Part shown: in pieces, positions 1 to 8,033 of the stretch
Numbering within the stretch: position 1 is the first letter of the stretch
Layout: every line of letters begins with the position of its first letter
Source of the DNA: Deltaproteobacteria bacterium
GTDB lineage: Bacteria; Desulfobacterota; Desulfobacteria; Desulfobacterales; B30-G6
Direction of reading: 5' to 3'
Length of the DNA: 41,520 bases
NCBI GenBank assembly: GCA_019313725.1
Contig: JAFDAT010000001.1
Location: forward strand, 1-41,520
Notes under the pieces: model-generated
Databases searched by the model: none
The model's input: the letters and a program-made list of their open reading frames with translations, nothing else
What the model was told of the DNA's origin: nothing
Position numbers and translations under genes: made by a program

Positions 1-130
1 GGGCATCCGCCTGTTTCTCTCTGTTTTCATTTTTTTTGTCGCCGGCACAGCAACGAATTGTATATGTGCTGACCATTTCTAATGTGTAATCATTCATATC
101 CGGTATATTTTAAAAATGCCCCGGCTCAAC

Positions 131-142
131 TTGTATATACAA
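131..142. promoter_or_regulatory. HutC-type operator palindrome TTGTATATACAA downstream of hutC, probably controlling a minus-strand gene that leaves the window
   Basis: Perfect 12-bp palindrome fitting the TGTA-N2-TACA HutC box; identical copy at 1034-1045; in-frame minus-strand ATGs at 30 and 6. Confidence 0.75.
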
Positions 143-187
143 CCTGTAAGGGTGTATAAAACAGGAATTTATCCCCTGTCAACCCCA

Positions 188-913
188 TTAAAAAAAATCC
201 GCCGGATCAAACTGTGGTGAAAAGGTGTCGCGGAAGGCCATTTCCCCGCGCATGTGATACTCAACATAGGTAACCGGATCTTCAAACGAGTAGGTCATGC
301 GTTTGATATGAAAAACCGGATAACCCGGAGTCGCGTTGAAAAGCGGGGCGATCTCCTCTGATAGAACGATGGCCTCCATGCTCTGGCTGATCCGGGTCAG
401 AGACAGCTTGTACTTGTTGATCAGAATGCTGTGAATAGATGCATTGCTGAGGTCCTCCCACAGGATCCCGGCACAGATGTCCGGGCGAAGATAGCGTATT
501 TCATAACGTACCGGCTTTTGATCGAAATACCAGAGGCGGCGGATGATGATCACCTGGCCGGCGGTTTCCAGTTTTTTGGCAACATGTGCGGGCGGGTCGA
601 CCACCTGCGCCTCCAGGACTTCGGTGGTCAGTTCCACCTTGAGATCGTCAGCCCACTTCTGAAAAGGCCTCACGCGAAAAAATCCGGTGGTGTAGTGCTG
701 CTTTTTTTTCACGAACGTGCCTTTGCCCGGTATGCGCGCTACAAATCCGTCCCGCTCGATGGCGTCAATGGCTTTGCGTGCGGTCATGCGGCTGACGCCG
801 AACTTCTGCGCCAGCTGGTTTTCGGACGGTACGGCATGGGTGAAATTCCGGGCCTTGATGCCCTGGATCACATAATCCCTGATCTTTTCATATTTCGGGT
901 ACCTTTTTTTCAT
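188..913 (-). CDS. hutC: GntR/HutC-family transcriptional repressor (wHTH + UTRA)
   Basis: PSENQLAQKFGVSRMTARKA and PGKGTFV GntR motifs; C-terminal UTRA-like region; divergent from urocanate hydratase. Confidence 0.85.
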   Translation of the reverse strand: MKKRYPKYEKIRDYVIQGIKARNFTHAVPSENQLAQKFGVSRMTARKAIDAIERDGFVARIPGKGTFVKKKQHYTTGFFRVRPFQKWADDLKVELTTEVLEAQVVDPPAHVAKKLETAGQVIIIRRLWYFDQKPVRYEIRYLRPDICAGILWEDLSNASIHSILINKYKLSLTRISQSMEAIVLSEEIAPLFNATPGYPVFHIKRMTYSFEDPVTYVEYHMRGEMAFRDTFSPQFDPADFF

Positions 914-1033
914 CTAACCATCCTGTTCCCCAATCTGTTCATCGCGTTGAATCCGGTGCTGTTGCAACCACACCAGGGTTAATGACAAATTCTCCTTGAC
1001 AAATTCAGAGATATGATCAAAAAAATAGCCAGG

Positions 1034-1045
1034 TTGTATATACAA
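1034..1045. promoter_or_regulatory. HutC-type operator palindrome TTGTATATACAA in the hutC/hutU divergent promoter region
   Basis: Perfect palindrome between the hutC and hutU starts; TTGACA hexamer at about 997-1002 just upstream. Confidence 0.8.
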
Positions 1046-1206
1046 GATGCGGTCCTCCGTGGTCAAGGGCATTTTTTACCTGTGGTGAGCGATCCAAATA
1101 TTTGCAAGCTGATGGAAATTTATAAAAATAATTGTCGCTTATGTCCATACCGGCTGCTAAAGTTTAATGGATAGTTGTAATATCCTATGCTAATGAAGGA
1201 GTTTCC

Positions 1207-3234
1207 ATGACACCCCAACCATCAGAAAACCGTAGCCCCAGGTTAGAGCTCGACGACAGTCTCCCTGATCTCCCTGAATTTGTTAAAGGTATTCGCAGGG
1301 CACCTGACCGCGGGTTTCGCCTGACATCGAGCCAGACGGAAACCGCGCTGAAAAACGCTCTGCGCTATATCCCCGTAGAACTGCATGCGGCCCTGGCATT
1401 GGAATTTCTGAACGAACTGACCACCCGGGGCAGGGTCTATGGTTATCGCTACAGGCCCGCCGAAGCCATCAAGGCCAAACCCGTTCACGAATACAAGGGC
1501 AGATGCCTGGCCGGCAAGGCCTTCCAGGTGATGATCGATAACAATCTCGATTTTGACGTGGCCCTCTACCCCTACGAACTGGTGACCTACGGCGAAACCG
1601 GCAGTGTCTGCCAGAACTGGATGCAGTATCGCCTGATAAAAAAATACCTGGAAATACTGACCGAGGACCAGACGCTGGTTGTCGCTTCGGGACACCCCCT
1701 GGGCCTTTTTGAATCGAGGCCCTCGAACCCGCGGGTCATCATCACCAATGGTCTCATGATCGGCAGATACGACAACCTCGACGACTGGGAGGTTGCCGCC
1801 CAGATGGGAGTGGCCAGCTACGGACAGATGACGGCCGGCGGATGGATGTACATCGGCCCCCAGGGAATTGTCCACGGGACCTACAACACCCTCCTGAATG
1901 CCGGCAGAATCCGATTCGGCCTGGGCCACAAGGCCGACCTTAAAGGACGGCTGTTTGTCAGTTCCGGACTTGGCGGCATGAGCGGTGCCCAACCCAAAGC
2001 CGCCGAGATCGCCGGAGCGGTTTCCATCGTTGCCGAGGTGGATGATTCGAGAATTGCAACCCGGCACGCTCAGGGCTGGGTGAACCGCACCTCCGCCGAT
2101 CTCGCTGAAACCTTTGCCATGGCCGATGAAGCCATGCAGGCGGGTAATCCGCTCTCCATCGCCTTTCACGGCAACATTGTCGATCTGCTGGAATACGCGG
2201 TTGATCAGGACAAAAAGATCGACCTGCTGTCGGATCAGACATCCTGCCACGTGGCCTACACCGGGGGCTACTGCCCCCAGGGCATCACCTTCGAAGAAAG
2301 AACCCGGCTGTTGACGGAAAATCGGGAGGAATTCTGCAAACGGGTGGACAAAAGCCTGCGGCGCCATTTTGAGCTGATCAAAACGCTTGTGTCCAGGGAC
2401 GTATATTTTTTCGACTACGGCAATGCTTTTCTGAAAGCTGTCTTCGATGCCGGTGTAACCGAGGTTTCCCGGAACGGTGTCGATGACAAAGACGGGTTCA
2501 TCTTTCCATCCTATTTCGAAGACATTATGGGACCTCATATTTTCGATTTTGGCTACGGTCCCTTTCGCTGGATCTGCCTTAGCGGCGAGCATGGCGACCT
2601 GGTCAAAACCGACAAAGCCGCCATGGACTGCATCGACCCCGACCGCAGGTTCCAGGACCGGGACAACTGGACCTGGATCAGGGATGCGGAAAAAAACAAC
2701 CTCGTGGTGGGAACCCAGGCCCGGATCCTGTACCAGGATGCCGCCGGCAGGATTAAAATCGCCTTGAAATTCAATGAGATGGTAAGGAAAGGGGCTGTGG
2801 ACCCGATCATGATCGGCAGAGACCACCACGACCCGGGTGGTACGGATGCCCCTTTCCGGGAAACGGCCAATATAAAGGACGGAAGCAATGTCATGGCCGA
2901 TATGGCCACCCACTGCTTTGGCGGCAACTGTGCCAGGGGGATGTCCATGGTCACCCTTCACAACGGCGGCGGCACCGGCATCGGCAATGCTATAAACGGC
3001 GGTTTCGGATTGGTTCTGGATGGCAGCCAGAGCGTTGACGACACCATCCGATGCGCCATCTCATGGGATGTAATGGGCGGCGTGGCCAGGCGCAACTGGG
3101 CCAGGAACACCAACGCCATGGAAGTGTGCCGTTCCTTCAATCAATCGAATCAGGGTGTGGGCCACGTCACCATCCCTTTTGTTGCAAAAGAAGAACTGGT
3201 TAAAAAATTAGTAGCAGAAAAAATACAAAAATGA
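1207..3234 (+). CDS. hutU: Urocanate hydratase, long (675 aa) form
   Basis: YPYELVTYGETG, GQMTAGGWMYIGPQGIVHGT, GLGGMSGAQ, SDQTSCH, GRDHHD and LHNGGGTGIG motifs; GAAGGAG RBS. Confidence 0.97.
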   Translation: MTPQPSENRSPRLELDDSLPDLPEFVKGIRRAPDRGFRLTSSQTETALKNALRYIPVELHAALALEFLNELTTRGRVYGYRYRPAEAIKAKPVHEYKGRCLAGKAFQVMIDNNLDFDVALYPYELVTYGETGSVCQNWMQYRLIKKYLEILTEDQTLVVASGHPLGLFESRPSNPRVIITNGLMIGRYDNLDDWEVAAQMGVASYGQMTAGGWMYIGPQGIVHGTYNTLLNAGRIRFGLGHKADLKGRLFVSSGLGGMSGAQPKAAEIAGAVSIVAEVDDSRIATRHAQGWVNRTSADLAETFAMADEAMQAGNPLSIAFHGNIVDLLEYAVDQDKKIDLLSDQTSCHVAYTGGYCPQGITFEERTRLLTENREEFCKRVDKSLRRHFELIKTLVSRDVYFFDYGNAFLKAVFDAGVTEVSRNGVDDKDGFIFPSYFEDIMGPHIFDFGYGPFRWICLSGEHGDLVKTDKAAMDCIDPDRRFQDRDNWTWIRDAEKNNLVVGTQARILYQDAAGRIKIALKFNEMVRKGAVDPIMIGRDHHDPGGTDAPFRETANIKDGSNVMADMATHCFGGNCARGMSMVTLHNGGGTGIGNAINGGFGLVLDGSQSVDDTIRCAISWDVMGGVARRNWARNTNAMEVCRSFNQSNQGVGHVTIPFVAKEELVKKLVAEKIQK

Positions 3235-3256
3235 TGAACATCGAACATTGAAAAAA

Positions 3257-3397
3257 AGCGAATGCCCAATGTTCAATAACGAATAATCAATGTCCAAGGT
3301 AGGGCGATCGGCATAAGGTGCACAACTGGCAGGGATAAATCCCTGTGCTACATCGCTGTCGGCTTTATGCCATGTAGCCCAGGGCTTCAGCCCTGCT
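3257..3397. repeat. About 141-bp intergenic repeat, copy 1 (heptamer array plus inverted pair of GTAG-type REP-like palindromes)
   Basis: Near-identical to 3561-3701; contains GCAGGGATAAATCCCTGTGCTAC and GTAGCCCAGGGCTTCAGCCCTGC. Confidence 0.9.
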
Positions 3398-3560
3398 ATA
3401 ACTTGATAATTGGGCGTTGGATATTGATTATTGGACATTTGAAGAAACGCATCATCGATACCGCTGGTAGCTGTTCAACATTCGAGGTTGGATGTTCGAT
3501 GTTAAATAATTTTGATTTGAACCCTTATCTCCAATCCTTTGAAGAAGAACCATAAAAAAG

Positions 3561-3701
3561 AGCGAGTACCCAATGTTCAATAACGAATAATCAATGTCCA
3601 AGGTAGGGCGATCGGCATAAGGTGCACAACTTCCAGGGATAAATCCCTGCGCTACGAAGCAGTTGGCTTTATGCTATGTAGCCCAGGGCTTCAGCCCTGC
3701 T
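3561..3701. repeat. About 141-bp intergenic repeat, copy 2
   Basis: Direct repeat of 3257-3397 at an offset of 304 bp. Confidence 0.9.
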
Positions 3702-3751
3702 CGCATTTGACTATTCGATTTAAATAGTTTTTACAATTTTGAGGTCCAGAT

Positions 3752-5296
3752 ATGAAATCAATCCAGATCGACAAGGAAAAACTGACCATCGAGGATGTGG
3801 TGTCCGTCGCCCGGAACGGCGCTCCGGTGGAGGCCTCCCGTGAAGGTGGGCAGCGCGTCGAACGAACCCGGCAGCTCATCGAAGAATGGATTCAGGAAAA
3901 ACAGGTGATCTACGGTATCACCACCGGGTTCGGTGCTTTGTGCAATGTTCCCATTTCGGAATCCGATACCCGCCGACTGCAGCACAAAATCATCATGAGC
4001 CACGCCGCGGGTATAGGCGCGCCGCTGCCCGGGGATGTTGTGCGGGCGGTCATGGCTGTCCGTCTGCATGACCTGTTCATGGGGTACTCCGGTTGCTCGT
4101 TGAAAACATTGCAGTATCTGATGGCCTTTCTCAATCAGGAGCTGACACCGGTGGTGCCGGAAAAAGGCTCCGTCGGCGCCAGTGGAGATCTAGCCCCCAT
4201 GGCCCACCTGGGGCTGGTCCTGCTCGGCAAAGGCGAGGCCTTTTACAAACAAGAGCGTATCAGCGGCGCCGCGGCACTGTCCAAAATCGGCCTGGAACCC
4301 CTCGAACTGGCAGCCGGTGAAGGCCTCGCCCTGATCAACGGCACCCAGGTGATGACCGGCATCGCTGCGCTGGTTGTTCACGATGCTATTCGACTGGCCA
4401 AACTGGCCGACATCGCCTGCGCCATGAGCCTGGAAGTGCTCATGGGCAGCAATTCCGAATTTGACCCCAGAATTCATCAGATCCGCCCACATCCGGGCCA
4501 GATCGCCTCTGCCGACAACATGCTGCGCCTGACCGGCGACAGCGGAATTCTCCTTTCTCATGAAGGATGTGCACGCGTCCAGGATGCCTACACCCTGCGC
4601 TGTTCACCCCAGATACATGGTGCCAGCAAGGATGCCGTCGTGCACGCCCGCAATGTCCTCAACATCGAAATCAATGCCACCACCACCAATCCATTGATTT
4701 TTGCGGATACCCGGGAAATCCGCCTCGGAGGCAATTTTCACGGTCAGCCCATTGCCATGGCGGCCGACTATCTTTCCATGGGGATTGCCGAACTGGGCAA
4801 CGTGTCCGAGCGCCGTATCGAACGGATGGTCAACCCTCAGCTGAGTGAACTGCCGGCCTTTCTGGTGAAAAACGGCGGGCTCAACTCCGGTTTCATGATC
4901 GCGCAGTACACTGCGGCAGCCCTTGTCTCTGAAAACAAGGTGCTGGCGCATCCCGCTTGTGTGGATTCCATCCCCACATCCGCCAACAAGGAAGACCACG
5001 TCAGCATGGGAACCATCGCCATCCGTCAGTGCCGTGAAATACTGGACAACGTGGAGCATGTTCTTGCAGTGGAATTGCTGTGCGCCGCCCAGGCCTATGA
5101 CCTTCTGACCGAAGATACGAAGATAGCCTGGGGCAGAGGCACCCGGGAGGCATACCGGGTAATCCGGAAACACGTTACCTACCTTGAAAAAGATCGGGAA
5201 CTGGGCAAAGACATTGAAAACATGGTTGCCCTGATCCAGACCGGCAGCATAATCGATGCGGCGGAAAAGGCTATTGGTGAGCTTAACCTCCTTTAA
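3752..5296 (+). CDS. hutH: Histidine ammonia-lyase
   Basis: YGITTGFG, MSHAAG (HAL Ser-His specificity pair), GSVGASGDLAP (MIO-forming ASG), QDAYTLRC, GGNFHG and SANKEDHVSMG; GAGG RBS. Confidence 0.96.
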   Translation: MKSIQIDKEKLTIEDVVSVARNGAPVEASREGGQRVERTRQLIEEWIQEKQVIYGITTGFGALCNVPISESDTRRLQHKIIMSHAAGIGAPLPGDVVRAVMAVRLHDLFMGYSGCSLKTLQYLMAFLNQELTPVVPEKGSVGASGDLAPMAHLGLVLLGKGEAFYKQERISGAAALSKIGLEPLELAAGEGLALINGTQVMTGIAALVVHDAIRLAKLADIACAMSLEVLMGSNSEFDPRIHQIRPHPGQIASADNMLRLTGDSGILLSHEGCARVQDAYTLRCSPQIHGASKDAVVHARNVLNIEINATTTNPLIFADTREIRLGGNFHGQPIAMAADYLSMGIAELGNVSERRIERMVNPQLSELPAFLVKNGGLNSGFMIAQYTAAALVSENKVLAHPACVDSIPTSANKEDHVSMGTIAIRQCREILDNVEHVLAVELLCAAQAYDLLTEDTKIAWGRGTREAYRVIRKHVTYLEKDRELGKDIENMVALIQTGSIIDAAEKAIGELNLL

Positions 5297-5388
5297 ATTT
5301 TCATGCTTGACCATATACGATGAAGTATGAAACAAAAGCCTATATTTCAACGCTATATCGATCTTCTGAATGTAACGCATGAAAATTT

Positions 5389-7893
5389 ATGGATATTGTC
5401 TACGTAGAACTCGACCGGTGTATTGCCTGTCTGAATTGTGAACGCGCCTGTCTGTTTCACAGATTCGAACGCCGCATTGGCAGCACCGCCAACATATTTG
5501 TGACCGTTGATATGGACCGTCGGCAGATTTTTGCGGGCACATGCCGGCAGTGCGAAACCGCCCCCTGCATGACAGTGTGCCCGGTTGAAGCCATCACCCG
5601 CGACCCGCTCACGGAGGCCGTCATCGTCGACAAGGAAACCTGTATCGGGTGCAGCATGTGCATTGTCGCCTGCCCCTTTGGATACATGGTTCTGGATGAA
5701 TCCTCACGCAGGGCCACCAAGTGCGACCTGTGTGGCGGCAACCCCAGGTGTGTGCAGATGTGCATGGCCGGGGCCCTCCATTTTGGCAGCATCGATTCAC
5801 TTGCGGAACGCAAACGTAAGCATCCTGATCTGGGTCTTTGCGCAGTTTCCGACCGTGGGGACCTTATGATGACCGCAAGAACTGTTGTTGAAAACGGCGT
5901 TGTCCCCACCCTGTGCAGAATGTGCAGCAACCGCTGCAGTATCGGCATCCATATCGCGGATGGCAACATGGTTGACATCGCACCTCTTGAAGGCAATCCG
6001 GTCAACCTGGGCAAGATGTGTCCTCGGGGAAGGGCCGCCCTGGACACGTTCTATCATCCAAACCGTATCTGCACACCCCTGAAGCGGAAGCCTGACGGAT
6101 CTTACGTTGAAATCAGCCGTAACCGGGCCCTGGATGAAATCGCCGAAAAAATGCTGGACATAAAAAGCCGTTTCGGCGCACGCTCCATGGGCCTGTGGAA
6201 GGGTGAAGCCATCGGTTTTCTGCAGCAGGAGGAATATCCCCGGCGGTTCGCCCACGCATTCGGGACACCCAACTATTTTTCAAATGATTCGGCCTGCTAC
6301 CCTTTCCCTTACTATGCCCAGGCGGACCTGATTCTGCTGTTCGGTACCAACCCGCCGGTATGCCATCCCCCTTTTATGGCTGAATTTGCCGATGCCAAGG
6401 CTAATGGGGCCAACCTGGTTGTGATTGACCCACGGCTCAACCCCATCGCCTGCTATGCCGACATATTTGCCCAACCCCTGCCCGGCACCGATGGTGCCCT
6501 GGCCTGGGGCCTGATTCGGTATCTCGTGAATGCCGGCGAGTATGACCACGAGCTGGTAGAACGCTACAGTATAGGGTTTGAGGCCATCGCCGCCTATGCC
6601 CAGAAATTCACCCCGGAATTTGTTGAAAAAGAAACCGGTGTGTTCGCCGATGTCCTCGTCAGCGTCGCCCAGCTGATCATCGAGAACCGCCCCAAGGTCA
6701 GCTTTTACATGGGGGCCGGGCTGGAACACCACGACAACGGCGTTGACAACGTACGCGCCCTGGTCGTTCTGTCCTGCCTTACGGGGGGGCTGGACATCGC
6801 CTGCGGACTCACCTGGCCGGAGAACATGCCCCGGAACAAACTGACCCTCTACGACGAGCTGCCTCTCGAAAATGAGGAACCCATTGGTGCGGATCGCTTT
6901 CCCGTGCTTTACGAGCTTCGCAAAGAGTGCCATTCCATGACGGCCATGGATTTCATGCTGGGCAACGGTGATTACCCCTTGAAAGGGCTCATCATCACGG
7001 CAGCCAACCCGGCGGTGACCAATCCCAACACTGAAAAGGTGGAAAAGGCTCTCAGCAGCCTGGACCTTCTGGTGGTCAACGAACTGTTCATGACCCGAAC
7101 GGCGCAGCTGGCAGATTATATCCTGCCGGCGGCCACTTTTCTAGAACGGTCCGAGATCCACACCGATCCTAAATTTCAAAGGGTCTATCTCACCAACAAG
7201 GTAGCCGAGATATCCGGAATCAAAGATGAATACATGCTCTGGCATGACCTCGCCCATCGTTTGGGATTCGGTGAAACGTATTTCCCCTGGGAAAATGAGG
7301 ACCAGGTCAACCACTTTATTATGGAACCTTCCGGCATTACCGTCGAACAGCTCAGGGAACACCCGCAAGGCATTGCCTACCTGCCCCTGACATTTCAAAA
7401 ATATCTGTCCCGTCCCCTGCCCACAGGTTCGGGCAAGATCGAGTTTACCTCGCCATATCTGGAAAAACTCGGGTTTAAAGCTGTACCGGAATACGTACCG
7501 CCCCATCACCTTAGAAAAAAATCGGATGCGTATCCGTTTCTTCTCACCACCGGGGCACGCAAAACCCTTTTGTATCACTCCCGGCACCAGAACCTGAAAC
7601 ATTTTCGAAAATTGCACCCCAAGGCAGAGCTTGAAATTCATCCTGACGATGCTGCCGGACTGGGCATCAGCCACAGGGAACCGGTTCGTATCGTTTCAGA
7701 AATCGGGGAACTGGTGGTGGAAGCTAAAATCGTGCACAAAGCCGAACTTCGCCAGGGTGTTGTGGAGATGTACCACGGGTGGGAAGAGTGGCGCATCAAT
7801 TTCACGACGTTTGACAATATCAACGACCCCATCAGCGGATTTCCCCTTTTGAAGGGTGTGCCGGTGAGGATTGAAAAAATTCAGGATACTTGA
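5389..7893 (+). CDS. 4Fe-4S polyferredoxin (DmsB/HycB-like, to about 5865) in frame with a molybdopterin (DMSO reductase family) oxidoreductase catalytic subunit (from ATG 5866)
   Basis: Four CxxCxxxC-type clusters at the N-terminus; then CRMCSNRC...CPRG, GTNP, VIDPR, PGTDGALA, ADYILPAATFLER and IHPDDA motifs; no Tat signal seen. Confidence 0.85.
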   Translation: MDIVYVELDRCIACLNCERACLFHRFERRIGSTANIFVTVDMDRRQIFAGTCRQCETAPCMTVCPVEAITRDPLTEAVIVDKETCIGCSMCIVACPFGYMVLDESSRRATKCDLCGGNPRCVQMCMAGALHFGSIDSLAERKRKHPDLGLCAVSDRGDLMMTARTVVENGVVPTLCRMCSNRCSIGIHIADGNMVDIAPLEGNPVNLGKMCPRGRAALDTFYHPNRICTPLKRKPDGSYVEISRNRALDEIAEKMLDIKSRFGARSMGLWKGEAIGFLQQEEYPRRFAHAFGTPNYFSNDSACYPFPYYAQADLILLFGTNPPVCHPPFMAEFADAKANGANLVVIDPRLNPIACYADIFAQPLPGTDGALAWGLIRYLVNAGEYDHELVERYSIGFEAIAAYAQKFTPEFVEKETGVFADVLVSVAQLIIENRPKVSFYMGAGLEHHDNGVDNVRALVVLSCLTGGLDIACGLTWPENMPRNKLTLYDELPLENEEPIGADRFPVLYELRKECHSMTAMDFMLGNGDYPLKGLIITAANPAVTNPNTEKVEKALSSLDLLVVNELFMTRTAQLADYILPAATFLERSEIHTDPKFQRVYLTNKVAEISGIKDEYMLWHDLAHRLGFGETYFPWENEDQVNHFIMEPSGITVEQLREHPQGIAYLPLTFQKYLSRPLPTGSGKIEFTSPYLEKLGFKAVPEYVPPHHLRKKSDAYPFLLTTGARKTLLYHSRHQNLKHFRKLHPKAELEIHPDDAAGLGISHREPVRIVSEIGELVVEAKIVHKAELRQGVVEMYHGWEEWRINFTTFDNINDPISGFPLLKGVPVRIEKIQDT

Positions 7894-7976
7894 TGCTGGT
7901 TTGTGGATCCTGGATGCTGAAAGGATCAAGCGACCAGCGTCCAGTATCAAGTTTCGAGGATCAAGCATCCAGCATC
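7885..7976. repeat. Inverted arrays of heptamer repeats (TGGATGC/GCATCCA-like) forming a potential intergenic stem-loop
   Basis: gatacttgatgctgg...ggatcctggatgctg faces ccagcgtccagtatcaag...tcaagcatccagcatc. Confidence 0.65.
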
Positions 7977-8033
7977 TTAACTGTTATTATTGCTTACAGA
8001 GTTTATACATTCGATCTTAGGAGATAATCTAAC

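Noticed and set aside
1243..2961. 572-aa antisense ORF and similar long shadow ORFs (431-982, 4604-5380, 26748-27443, 33358-34320)
   Set aside because: They lie opposite well-supported genes and show no motifs; typical codon-bias shadows.
3257..3701. Possible CRISPR array
   Set aside because: Only two long units, no repeat-spacer periodicity and no cas genes.
3752..5296. HutH homologue as ergothionase or another trimethylamine-releasing lyase feeding Pyl-MttB
   Set aside because: It retains the MIO-forming ASG and the HAL Ser-His pair; ergothionase lacks MIO. Best read as ordinary histidase.
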